A stretch of 64,000 nt of DNA from Nitrospirota bacterium (GTDB lineage Bacteria; Nitrospirota; UBA9217), in NCBI GenBank assembly GCA_963737155.1, contig CAVTRN010000002.1:608001-672000 (forward strand), in the 5' to 3' direction. The translations under genes and the position numbers were made by a program. The notes below the pieces were generated by a model. It did no database searches and had not been told where the DNA came from. It saw nothing but the letters and a program-made list of their open reading frames with translations. The stretch's first letter is position 1, and each line of letters begins with the position of its first letter. Shown here in pieces: positions 21,062 to 31,159 of this stretch.

Positions 21062-23722
21062 ATGAACCAGGAATTGTTATCAGTCATTCTGCCTCACGGA
21101 TCTATCCTGCTGGAATGGACAGAGGCCCAGGAAAAAGTCAGTAAGGACCAGGAACTTCTCCAAAACGAAATATTCCGCCGTTTTGCCGATGCACCGGATG
21201 GGGCATTTCTTTTTCTCGGATTCTGCAATAAATCAGTTCCTCTTACACCTTCCCTCAATTATTGGCGCATGGTATGCGGACTTTTCGCCAGGAAGCTCAC
21301 TCAAACTCCCGATCTGGAAATCCTTCGTCATAAGGTCAAAGTTAAAATCAGCGAAGATATATTAAACCACATACTTGAATCAGCGCCGATGATGACGGGC
21401 GTCGAGTATTTGACCAGAGTGGTCATTGAAGATCTCTGGCAGCGGCTGCATGCTGAATTTCGGAAGGAGATTGAGCAGAGGAAAGGGAGCGTTGAGGAAT
21501 TCATTAAACAGTACAGCCCCGATGTTCACCTGATCGGGAGGGTATTTTTTCACCTAGTAGAGAGCAAAAAGGACGAATATCCTTTTGCATTTATTGCTAC
21601 GTATACGACGGGGTTGAACAAACATGGCAAGTCGCAGCACCTCCCCCTGACGCATGCTCTGCAGGAATATGGAAAGGATGGCGCAAAGCTGCTTGATTTG
21701 CTGGTAGCGGTTAATAGAGCGGCAAAGGAAAGCATACTGATCGCGCAACTTGTTGAGAGCGGAGAATTGTTCCATCCCCTCGCTTGGTCAGCCAAAGAGG
21801 CATATACATTTCTCAGTGAAATTCCGCTTTACGAACAGTCGGGTATTTTGTGCCGCATCCCCGACTGGTGGAAGCGCGGCGCAGCAAGTATAAAAGTAAA
21901 CATATCTCTTGGCAGCAAACAGCCATCAACTGTGGGTATGGATGCTTTGTTGACCTTTGACATAAGCCTGCACCTGGAGGACGATCAGATATCCTACGAT
22001 GAGGCTAAGCGGCTCCTGGATGCGTCTGAGGGGCTAGCGCTGATCAAAAACCGCTGGGTTGCAGTAGATCACAACAAACTGCAACAGACCCTTGAAGCCT
22101 ATGAAAAAGCGAGAAAACTTGCCAATCGGGATGGCATAAGTTTCCGCGACGCCCTGCGGCTTGAGCTGAACCCGGGAACGCAATTAAATATTCCCGCAGA
22201 TGAAACGAGCGTTAGTGTTACGAGCGGACAATGGCTAGATACTGTCATGACGCGAATGCGCAGCCCTGAATCAATCGCCCCTGTAAGCCTGGATTCTTCA
22301 TTCAAGGCGGAATTGAGACCCTATCAGCAGAAGGGAGTAGCGTGGCTCTCATTCCTCCAGTCTCTCAGGTTCGGTATGTGCCTTGCCGATGATATGGGAC
22401 TGGGCAAAACCGTACAGGTACTTGCGCTGCTTCAGAGCCTGAAAACGAAGGGGGAGAAAGGCGCAAGCCTGCTTGTGGTTCCCGCCTCCCTTCTCGGAAA
22501 CTGGGCATCAGAAATCCAGAAGTTTACACCAAGTTTAACATACACCGTTGCTCATCCATCGGGAACGGAAAATAAGAAGACGATGCTGAGGGACAAGAAC
22601 GAACTCGACAGTTTAGATCTCGTGATCACAACCTATTTGCTGGTGCAGAAATATGAATGGATTCAGTCGTACGAATGGAAGTGTGTAATACTTGACGAGG
22701 CCCAGGCAATCAAGAACTCCGGAACCAAACAAACGAAGGCGGTTAAAAAATTGAATGCTGGCAACCGCATTATCATGACTGGTACGCCGGTTGAGAACCG
22801 GCTGTCTGACCTATGGTCACTATTTGACTTCATTAATCCCGGTCTTCTCGGAAGCTCACAGGAGTTTGGACGCTATGCCAAGAGCCTGACCAAGAACACA
22901 GAGGGTTATGCGCGGTTGAGGAAGGTCATCAGTCCTTATATTCTGCGGCGGCTTAAGACCGATAAGACAGTTATTTCTGACCTGCCGGATAAGGTTGAAA
23001 TGAAGACCTGGGCCTCTCTCGGCAAAAAACAGGCGATCCTGTACCAGAAACTGGTAGACGATCTCCGCTATGCTGTGGAAACCGTTGAGGGCATCCAGAG
23101 GAAAGGAATCATACTGAGTTCGCTGATGAAGTTCAAGCAGCTGTGCAATCATCCTGACCATTATCTCGGTACCGGAACATTCGAGGAAAGTGAAAGCGGG
23201 AAATTTGGCAGGTTGCGAGAAATCTGCGAGACAATTTATGAGAAACGGGAGCGGGTCCTCGTGTTTACGCAGTTCAGAGAAATAGTCGAACCTCTCAGCG
23301 GTTTTCTGAGGACTCTGTTCAAGCGGGAAGGCCTTATCCTGCACGGCGGCACGGCAGTGGGTAAAAGAAAAGAGATCGTTGCGCGTTTTCAGGGTGAAGA
23401 GTATATCCCCTATATCGTTCTATCGCTCAAAGCGGGTGGTGTTGGGCTGAATCTGACCGCGGCGAACCATGTTATCCATTTCGACCGGTGGTGGAATCCG
23501 GCAGTTGAAAACCAGGCGACGGACCGCGCGTTTCGCATCGGTCAGAAGAAAAACGTGGTTGTGCATAAATTTATTACCAAGGGGACTGTCGAAGAGAGGA
23601 TTGACGAGATGATCGAAGGTAAGATAAGATTGTCGAACGAGATCATTCAATCCGGCAGCGAAGCGTGGATCACGGAAATGAGCAATAAGGAGCTGCTGAA
23701 GATGTTCGCATTAACCATTTAA
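21062..23722 (+). CDS. SNF2-family DEAD/DEAH-box helicase
   Basis: LRPYQ, LADDMGLGKT, ILDEAQ, TGTPVEN, GGVGLNL and QATDRAFRIGQ motifs. Confidence 0.95.
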   Translation: MNQELLSVILPHGSILLEWTEAQEKVSKDQELLQNEIFRRFADAPDGAFLFLGFCNKSVPLTPSLNYWRMVCGLFARKLTQTPDLEILRHKVKVKISEDILNHILESAPMMTGVEYLTRVVIEDLWQRLHAEFRKEIEQRKGSVEEFIKQYSPDVHLIGRVFFHLVESKKDEYPFAFIATYTTGLNKHGKSQHLPLTHALQEYGKDGAKLLDLLVAVNRAAKESILIAQLVESGELFHPLAWSAKEAYTFLSEIPLYEQSGILCRIPDWWKRGAASIKVNISLGSKQPSTVGMDALLTFDISLHLEDDQISYDEAKRLLDASEGLALIKNRWVAVDHNKLQQTLEAYEKARKLANRDGISFRDALRLELNPGTQLNIPADETSVSVTSGQWLDTVMTRMRSPESIAPVSLDSSFKAELRPYQQKGVAWLSFLQSLRFGMCLADDMGLGKTVQVLALLQSLKTKGEKGASLLVVPASLLGNWASEIQKFTPSLTYTVAHPSGTENKKTMLRDKNELDSLDLVITTYLLVQKYEWIQSYEWKCVILDEAQAIKNSGTKQTKAVKKLNAGNRIIMTGTPVENRLSDLWSLFDFINPGLLGSSQEFGRYAKSLTKNTEGYARLRKVISPYILRRLKTDKTVISDLPDKVEMKTWASLGKKQAILYQKLVDDLRYAVETVEGIQRKGIILSSLMKFKQLCNHPDHYLGTGTFEESESGKFGRLREICETIYEKRERVLVFTQFREIVEPLSGFLRTLFKREGLILHGGTAVGKRKEIVARFQGEEYIPYIVLSLKAGGVGLNLTAANHVIHFDRWWNPAVENQATDRAFRIGQKKNVVVHKFITKGTVEERIDEMIEGKIRLSNEIIQSGSEAWITEMSNKELLKMFALTI

Positions 23723-23743
23723 CGGCACTGCTAAGGTGGACCT

Positions 23744-24652
23744 ATGAGATATTGGGGATTTCCGCGATATGTCAGCAAAGCGGAGAAGCAGACGAAGGCT
23801 GCAAAGAAGCTTGAACAATTGAAGAAAAAGCGGGACGTGAGGCCGATTATTCTTCAGGGCAGTGCCATTGCGCGCACCTGGTGGGGTAAATCCTGGAACC
23901 AGAATTTGGAGCGGTATGCTGATTACAGCAACCGCATTGGAAGGGGACGAAGTTATGTCCGCCATGGCGCCGTTCTGGATCTCCAGATCGGCAACGGTGA
24001 GATCAGGGCGCTTGTGCAAGGTTCGAAGTCCAAACCCTATGAGATTCTTATTAAGATCGGGAAACTCAGCAAAAATACGTGGGAACATATATCATCTTCC
24101 TGTGCCGGGATGCTCGACTCCGTATCGGAACTTCTTGCGGGAGATTTTCCGCAAGAGCTTGGTGAACTGTTTCTGCAGCGCGATGCCGGACTCTTTCCTG
24201 CGCCAAAGGAAATTGTTTTCGAGTGCTCTTGCCCCGACTGGGCGAGCATGTGCAAACATGTTGCGGCAACACTGTATGGCGTCGGCGCGCGGCTCGATGA
24301 AGATGCTACGCTTTTTTTCACGCTCCGCGGCGTTGATACGGCCGATCTCATCAGCAGAACGGTTTCAAATAAGGCCGAGAGCCTGCTCGAAAAGGCAGCG
24401 AAAAAGAGTTCCCGGATTATCAACGATGCCGACCTTTCCGCTCTGTTCGGAATAGAGTTGATTCAAGGCGATAGAACTGTCGCCGGCGATGCGGATAAAA
24501 AGCCCCTTAAAAGTTCCATAATCATAAAAAGGACAAAACGCCCGAAAAAGGCGAGAAAGATTAGCGGTGTTGAAAGGAAACGAAAAAGCGCTGGAGATAA
24601 AGAAAAGTCAGTCCGGCCCGCAAAAAGAGCGAAGAAAAAACAAGCTACATAG
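23744..24652 (+). CDS. SWIM zinc-finger protein (SNF2 partner)
   Basis: TWWG, RIGRGRSY, CSCPDWASMCKH and a basic C-terminal tail. Confidence 0.92.
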   Translation: MRYWGFPRYVSKAEKQTKAAKKLEQLKKKRDVRPIILQGSAIARTWWGKSWNQNLERYADYSNRIGRGRSYVRHGAVLDLQIGNGEIRALVQGSKSKPYEILIKIGKLSKNTWEHISSSCAGMLDSVSELLAGDFPQELGELFLQRDAGLFPAPKEIVFECSCPDWASMCKHVAATLYGVGARLDEDATLFFTLRGVDTADLISRTVSNKAESLLEKAAKKSSRIINDADLSALFGIELIQGDRTVAGDADKKPLKSSIIIKRTKRPKKARKISGVERKRKSAGDKEKSVRPAKRAKKKQAT

Positions 24653-24777
24653 AATATGGCGTCCTCCGCTGAATCTGTGGTGCTATTTAGATAACGAATC
24701 CGTATTTGTTCTGTATAAAGCTTGAATGTGGCGTTTCTGATATGCCGAACGCTGATAACTTAATAGGGAGCCAATTT

Positions 24778-25074
24778 ATGATGCCACAAAATCTAAATCA
24801 GGCAATAGAAATATTTTCCCGTTTCGAAGTGTCGTTTATTCTTCTGGGAGTATTTTTCTTCTGTGTTTGGCTAGTCACGATTATAGATATTGTAAGCAGT
24901 GATTTTAAAACTGATGCTGATAAAATCATATGGTTCTTTTTTGCGATCTTAATTCCGCCAATCGGAATTTTGCTTTACTGCTTTATCGGGAGAGCACAAA
25001 GGAAAGATTCGGGTATTAAAGACAAGCGCTATCGATCGGGTACGCGATATAGGGACATCGGACGAGATGATTAA
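24778..25074 (+). CDS. PLDc N-terminal-like small membrane protein
   Basis: WLVTIIDI....F.....KIIW......PPIGILLY..IGR pattern; start uncertain. Confidence 0.7.
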   Translation: MMPQNLNQAIEIFSRFEVSFILLGVFFFCVWLVTIIDIVSSDFKTDADKIIWFFFAILIPPIGILLYCFIGRAQRKDSGIKDKRYRSGTRYRDIGRDD

Positions 25075-25324
25075 ATTTACGACATATTTGGCTTCCCATG
25101 CGAGACCCGAACGAGCTGGCTTTATGTTAAAAATACCAGATGCATTCTGAACCGTACTTCAAGCCGAGAACGTGTGCGTGATTCAGAGGTAAAGTGATAT
25201 TTACTATGATCTAAAAAACAGGACTACAACCGGAACTTAAAGTTAAAAACACGTGTTGCTTGCTATATGCCGGAGGATTTGAGAGCGAAAATCGTGAAAT
25301 TGTTTTATTGCAAATATTCTGAAT

Positions 25325-26002
25325 TCAATATTGGTTTCTTATTTCTCTCTTTGTGATATATTCATAAAAGCTATTTCCCACCGCAACTCCAATTACTGTT
25401 CCAAAAATAGCGCCGGCCAAAAAGTCGGAAAACCAATGAATGCTTATGGATACTCCGAATCCTATGTAGAGTGCGTAAAAAATTGAAAGGTATTTTACAA
25501 TCTTATTTTTGGGATACAGCATCAATAGCGTTATGGCCATAGCAAAGGCAATAGTCGTGTGCGAAGACGGCCAGCCCCAAAATACCCCGCCGCGCAGAAA
25601 CCCAAACCGAAATTCCCGACTGCTATCAATAATATCCTGCGTGAGTAATCTTGGTGGATGAACTCTTCCTGTAAATGATTTGTAAAAGGAAGCGATGAGC
25701 AGGCCTATGATAGCTGATTGACCTAAAGCATAAGCTGTACTTATTACTTTCAAATTATTTCTCACTTTGCCGAAGGCATAGAGAGCTAAAGGCACGATAA
25801 TTGGCAGACGACTACCGAGCCTGACAGCCGGGAAGAGAAGCGATTGTAAAAGGGAACTTCTGGCAGATTTAAAATAGAGCCAGTCAAAGCCTGAAGTTAC
25901 GATGACGTATGTAAGAATAATGGCCAGAAGATGCCAGAGGAGATTATAACCTCGAAAGCATTTCATGACATTCTTTGGAAGATTAAAGAAAAAGACTGGC
26001 AT
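25325..26002 (-). CDS. PAP2-family phosphatase
   Basis: K..TGR..P, WPSSHT and HWFSD motifs. Confidence 0.88.
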   Translation of the reverse strand: MPVFFFNLPKNVMKCFRGYNLLWHLLAIILTYVIVTSGFDWLYFKSARSSLLQSLLFPAVRLGSRLPIIVPLALYAFGKVRNNLKVISTAYALGQSAIIGLLIASFYKSFTGRVHPPRLLTQDIIDSSREFRFGFLRGGVFWGWPSSHTTIAFAMAITLLMLYPKNKIVKYLSIFYALYIGFGVSISIHWFSDFLAGAIFGTVIGVAVGNSFYEYITKREIRNQY

Positions 26003-26329
26003 AAAGTCATGACCACCGATAAGGAGCCTTATTCGCCTGACTAAAAAGTCTTTTCATTCCTGACCCGCACAAGCAAGGAGCTGGCAGGTTTATTAAAAAC
26101 CATGTTGCTAATGAGGCTCCACTCATTGTAGTCAGGCCAGAAATCAGGAAGCAACGAATACTACCATTGGTCATGTGTTCCACAATTGTCGGTTATTAAC
26201 TGGCTATGCTATGATCGATATAATTGCTGTACTATAAGACATGATAGACGTAAGAATCAACCGTCGTAAAAGTTATGCATTCTAATCGATTTGTCGAAAG
26301 ATTTGATTCTAAATTTAAAAAGCGGTTAT

Positions 26330-27912
26330 GAGCCTGTTGCTCAAATGCCAGCATAGCCGTTTATGATCGCCCATATGGGATAGTGCCAGACTGCAAATGG
26401 GGTATCTCTGCGAAGCACACGGCATGAATCAGCTGTCGTTTTCGTTCTTTATACTGCCATCTGGGCCGCAATCTCTTTGCCGCTTCGCCAAAGCTTCAAG
26501 AGATTGTGCGTCGCGCAGATGAGTTTCCATTCCTGGGAGCAGGCTTCAATCCCTCGGCGCATGTAGTGCCGGATGCCGCGATTGTCTTTAATCTGGCCAA
26601 AGATCGGTTCGACGGTCTGGCCTCGTTTCTTATAAAGCTCTCTGCCCCGCTTGGTCAGGAGCTTCCTCTCCATCCTCTGCCGGAGTGTCAGGCTTTTTGG
26701 TATCCTCCCTTGGGGCGGGGATGATGCGGCGGCCTCTTTACGTTGCTTCCAGTCTTTCTTGGTTGCGATAAGATGTTCGGGACCGTCGGGAGTGATGGCC
26801 GCAAAGTTCTTCTCACTTGCGTAGCCGGCATCGCTCAGAGATATTTCGATCTTCAGTTCTTTTTGCAGGGCGATCTCGTTTAAGTTCTCCTGGGCCTTCT
26901 GGATCATGGGATGCAGCTGGTTGATGTCGTTTTCCTGGTTCGTGACCTCGGCGGCGATGATGATCTGCTCCTTGGTGACCACGGCCTGGCTGTTGTAGCC
27001 CTGAACATATCCGCTTCGGGTTTTCATGATCCTGCTGTCCGGATCAGTCATATTGGCCTTCGCTTCCGACGATGGCGTCGGATCAGGCTCCTGAGGTTTG
27101 CGGCCCCGTTTCTTGCTGCCGGTTTCAGCCTCTTGGGCCTGTCGTTCTTCGATCTTTGACTGTTGCTCGGCTGCTGCCTCTGCAGCCTGTTCTTCCAACC
27201 GCTTTTTGCACGCGGCAAGGCGGGCTCTGCGGCTGGTTCGGTCGGCAAGTTCATCAGGAAGTTCGTCGCCCCGTTTGTTTTGGCCGTACTGCCGGTCTTC
27301 CTCGGTGTCCTTGGCCTCCGCTTCATCGAGCATCCTCTTCACTTCCTGCTCGATATGTTCGTACGTGCGGTTGGCTTCCAGGGCTGCGTTAGCCTTTATC
27401 TTGCTCTCGTCAAGGGCCACGATGCCGACTTTGACGAGCCCGGCTTCCTTGCAGAGCTTGAGCATCTGTTTGAACAGCCCCTCCAGTGCCTGGCCGTTGT
27501 CCTTCCGAAATCGGCTGATGGTGCAGTGGTCCGGAACTTGGTTGGCGGCAATTACCTTGAATCCGATGTCCCGTTCGCAAAGCTTCTCGATCTCACGGGA
27601 TGATCGGATACCGAGGCTGTAGGCATATAACAGCAGGGAGACCATCATTGACGGCTCAAAAGCTGCCTGGCCTTTTCCGTCCTGACGGTATTTTCGGTAG
27701 AATGCCGTAAGATCCATTTCTGCCACGACGTCAAGGACCATCCAAACAAGGTCCTTGGATGGCAGCCACTCCTGCAAGGTGGGCGGCATGAGATATACTT
27801 GATCTCGGTTACAGTCTTTGAAATTGTAGGCCATCCAGCGTCTCCTTATATGCGTGATGACCAATACTATACTATTCGTATATTAATGTCAAATGATTTA
27901 TGCAACAGGCTC
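26330..27912 (-). mobile_element. IS1182-family insertion sequence, apparently intact
   Basis: IRs GAGCCTGTTGCTCAAAT / GAGCCTGTTGCATAAAT (15/17 match); 4-bp TSD TTAT at 26326-26329 and 27913-27916. Confidence 0.93.
26449..27834 (-). CDS. IS1182 DDE transposase
   Basis: SSREIE, PDHCTISRFR, TDPDSRIMK, GYNSQ, DAGY and VEPIFGQIK motifs. Confidence 0.93.
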   Translation of the reverse strand: MAYNFKDCNRDQVYLMPPTLQEWLPSKDLVWMVLDVVAEMDLTAFYRKYRQDGKGQAAFEPSMMVSLLLYAYSLGIRSSREIEKLCERDIGFKVIAANQVPDHCTISRFRKDNGQALEGLFKQMLKLCKEAGLVKVGIVALDESKIKANAALEANRTYEHIEQEVKRMLDEAEAKDTEEDRQYGQNKRGDELPDELADRTSRRARLAACKKRLEEQAAEAAAEQQSKIEERQAQEAETGSKKRGRKPQEPDPTPSSEAKANMTDPDSRIMKTRSGYVQGYNSQAVVTKEQIIIAAEVTNQENDINQLHPMIQKAQENLNEIALQKELKIEISLSDAGYASEKNFAAITPDGPEHLIATKKDWKQRKEAAASSPPQGRIPKSLTLRQRMERKLLTKRGRELYKKRGQTVEPIFGQIKDNRGIRHYMRRGIEACSQEWKLICATHNLLKLWRSGKEIAAQMAV

Positions 27913-28299
27913 TTATAAGGACCGTATTTCGCTATTTCTGCGCATGTTTTGCAAAAATCGCAATAACCGTTAGAATCGAGACTTAAGGCCTTGGGATAGA
28001 ACGTTGGCTTCGCACAAAGAGGCAGGGCTATGCCTCGCCGCATCCAAACGTTCTTGCTCACTTTATAGCATAGAGCTTACCATCATTCGACGCTATGTAC
28101 ACGGTCCCCTCAGCACCGATCACGGGGGAGGAGTACAAGTTACTTCCTGTTGTATAACTCCACTTGAGCGTGCCATTAGGGTTTATGGCATAGAGCTTAC
28201 CATCATTCGACGCTATGTACACGGTTCCGTCAGCACCGATGGCGGGGGAGGAGTATAAGTTACTTCCTGTTGAATAGCTCCACTTGAGCGTGCCATTAG

Positions 28300-29944
28300 T
28301 AACTAAAGAATCAAAAGCTTCTCAAAATGGGTAGAACAATTTGGTGAATATGCATTAAACATGCGCCAGTTGCGGGATTACAGACATATTTCGGATGGTC
28401 AATCCCGCAGCGATAACAGCCTTGCCGAGTTTTGAAACGTAGTACTTGTATGTTTTGCCGACTTTCCGAATAATGCCGTGGACGTGAAGCCGTTTCAGAA
28501 TTCTCGTCATGGTACTGCTCGTCACGGATGGCAGCTGTTTTCGTAGAGATTTATTCTGAAGTCCGTTGATGTTGAACTCGCCGCGGGCGAGAACCTCGAA
28601 CAGTTTGAGATCATCGTCGCTGAAGAGATTGAAGCCCTTGTAGGAACGGTCGCCTGTTTCCACGGTCTTTGAAATTTTATCAAGGTTATTGATTCCCGCG
28701 CTTTGGTCGTCGAACGTGGAGATGAACTCAAGATAACGGCGGTTCGAGGCCTTGAAGATCGCCGTAAGGTCAAACAGGCTGTAGATGTTCTTCTTCATGG
28801 GTGCGTTCTTGTGGACAGGATCTCCGATCCGCGACTGGACTTCCCGATAGTGCTTGAACTCCGAGACGTCGTTGGTCGTGGTCTCAATCCGGAGGATGCT
28901 GCCGAACTTGTCGTACATCTTGATGGATGAAGCGCCCATATGGTGCTTGATCCGTGTTCCCTGAATTCGGGTGTTGAAGTTGTTGCCCATTTCGCCTTGA
29001 TAATTGCCGTGGAGCTTCCGACCCAGAAAGGTCGCGATATTCTCCGGTTTCACGGAGTGAATGGCGGTTCGAACGATTTGCTCATACAACGTGTGCAGGT
29101 CCGATTGCTTCTTGAAAACGATGTCGGTGGCATATTCCACCTGCATAGTGCTCCAGTGGTAGGTAAGTCCGTACCCGTTACCGACCGGGCAGTATTGTTT
29201 AGCGAATCTGTCCAGTGCATGGTGTAAGTCCGACACCTTGATGCTGTCAGAAAGCTCCTGGGCTTTGGGAAAATTATCGATAGAGAGAAACGCGTTCTCC
29301 CGAAGAACATAGGGGATTTTCTTTTTTGCCAATTTCGCCGCCAGCCAGTTGTGGCCGTTCATATAGAACTGGAGCCGGAACGGTGCCCAGGTGGGAACGC
29401 GGAGGTAGCACAGGCCGAACGTCTTGTCGATGAAGTAGAAGTAATAGTGGAGACACTTTCCGGAATCATACTTGAGAAAGGTCTTGCCGGTGTTTTTGTC
29501 GTGCCAGGGTTTGTAGCTGGTGCAGGCTTCCATGGCCGAGAAGATATGAACAAGGCCGGGTTGCTCGCCACGCGCTTTGATGATTTCTTTGATCCGGGCC
29601 TCTTTACGGAACGCACCCAGCTTGCGGATGAACTCGATCTCAATGCTGTTCTCATTCGCGAGGCCCTCAGCGTTCTCCCGGACTTTTTCCTGAAGCGCTT
29701 TGGCGAACTGGGCATAATCGAAAATCTTGATCTGTCGGGCATAGAGGAATGCCGTCATCCCCTTATCGAAGCACCAGCCGGGCAGCGTGCCCTGCATGAT
29801 CATGCGGTCATAGCAGGATAGTGAACCGGCTATTTTATCTTGGTAGCGTTCAGGAATCATCATAGCAACCTCCATGACTACAATGAGTAGAGCCTTCATT
29901 GTATCATGGTTTTTATAAAACCTCTTGGTTCCGGCTTGTCCGGG
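28300..29944 (-). mobile_element. IR-less insertion element bounded by CTAA, encoding a Rep_trans-like protein
   Basis: TTAG (CTAA on the minus strand) occurs at 28296-28299 and 29945-29948. The rejoined empty site GCCA-TTAG-GGTTTATGGC is identical to the neighbouring intact repeat unit. No terminal IRs. Confidence 0.9.
28355..29863 (-). CDS. Putative Rep_trans-like tyrosine transposase with C-terminal winged HTH (502 aa)
   Basis: QVEYATD / IKMYDK / LRIETT resemble the RxDxAxD / IYxK / RxE motifs of pT181-type Rep_trans proteins. C-terminal wHTH (MTRILKRLHVHGIIRKVGKTYKYYVS). Sole ORF of the element. Confidence 0.7.
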   Translation of the reverse strand: MMIPERYQDKIAGSLSCYDRMIMQGTLPGWCFDKGMTAFLYARQIKIFDYAQFAKALQEKVRENAEGLANENSIEIEFIRKLGAFRKEARIKEIIKARGEQPGLVHIFSAMEACTSYKPWHDKNTGKTFLKYDSGKCLHYYFYFIDKTFGLCYLRVPTWAPFRLQFYMNGHNWLAAKLAKKKIPYVLRENAFLSIDNFPKAQELSDSIKVSDLHHALDRFAKQYCPVGNGYGLTYHWSTMQVEYATDIVFKKQSDLHTLYEQIVRTAIHSVKPENIATFLGRKLHGNYQGEMGNNFNTRIQGTRIKHHMGASSIKMYDKFGSILRIETTTNDVSEFKHYREVQSRIGDPVHKNAPMKKNIYSLFDLTAIFKASNRRYLEFISTFDDQSAGINNLDKISKTVETGDRSYKGFNLFSDDDLKLFEVLARGEFNINGLQNKSLRKQLPSVTSSTMTRILKRLHVHGIIRKVGKTYKYYVSKLGKAVIAAGLTIRNMSVIPQLAHV

Positions 29945-31159
29945 TTAGGGTTTATGGCATGGAGTTTGCCATCATCCGGCGCTATGTAAACGGTTCCATC
30001 AGCACCGATGGCGGGGGAGGAGTATAAGTTGCTTCCAGTTGAATAGCTCCACTTGAGCGTGCCATGGGGGTTTATGGCATAGAGCTTACCATCATTCGAC
30101 ACTATGTACACGGTTCCGTCAGCACCGATGGCGGGGGAGGAGTATAAGTTGCTTTCTGTTGAATAGCTCCACTTGAGCGTGCCATGGGGGTTTATGGCAT
30201 AGAGCTTACCATCATTCGACACTATGTACACGGTTCCATCAGCACCGATGGCGGGGGAGAAGTAAACGTTACTTCCGGCATGGAAGCGACCGAGAGAACT
30301 CACGCCGGTGTCAGCTCCTACGGCGGGGGAGAAGTACGCATTACTTCCAGTTGAATAGCTCCACTTGAGCGTGCCATTCGGGTTAATGGCGTAGAGGTTA
30401 CCATCATTCGACCCTATGTACACGGTCCCATCAGCACCAATGGCGGGGGGGGAGTACAAATACCCTCCTATTGTAAATCTCCACCTGAGACTACCATTGG
30501 GGTTTATGGCATAGAGATTAAAATCATCCGACCCCACGTACACGGTTCCGTCAACACCGATGGTGGGGAAGGATGACACGGGGCTTCCTATTGAGTAGCT
30601 CCACTTGAGTTTGCCATCGGGGTTTATGGCGTCGAGCTTGTTATCCCCCGAACCTACGTACACAGTTCCATCAGCACCGACGGCCGGGGTGGACTCCACG
30701 AAATTTCCAGTTGAATAGCTCCACCTGAGCATGCCTGCCGTAGCACTCGTATCTACTTGGCTTACCCCGGTTAATTGAATATCCCGTTGATGTTCAGGCC
30801 AAGGGCTGGCGCTGGCAACGTTCACGCCGCTCATACCGCTTATCGCGTACGTTGCGTCGCTAACCGCACGGCCCCGAGCTCCAGTAGCAAGTGAGATGGC
30901 GATCAGGATAAAAGGGATCACTTTGCAGAGGGCGGCGCGAAAGTTGTGCACGGATGACCTCCTCTTGCATTGTCCTAAACCTCCGCGCTGTCCTGAACGG
31001 AGGCCAGAATAGGCGTAGTACCGCACCTTATCGTCAGAATGCTTCGCTGTATTCGCGAAAGCGATGAACCTGGCGTTCATAACACTGCTCTTGCAAATTA
31101 TGCTGCTATTGCTCGGGATAAAACTTCGGGGAAAGCGGATCAAACCAACCAGGCACCTC

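Larger units (their letters stand above)
28058..30951 (-). pseudogene. Exported PQQ-like eight-repeat beta-propeller protein, interrupted by a 1649-bp insertion
   Basis: GTG start after GAGGAGG. ~40-aa repeats (LKWSYSTG...SPAIGADGTVY...DGKLYAINP) lie on both sides of the insert. Removing 28300-29948 restores a 1245-nt frame ending in TGA at 28058. Confidence 0.9.

Noticed and set aside
28058-30730. Regularly spaced DNA repeats suggesting a CRISPR array
   Set aside because: They are 120-nt in-frame coding repeats of a beta-propeller, with no unique spacers and no cas genes.
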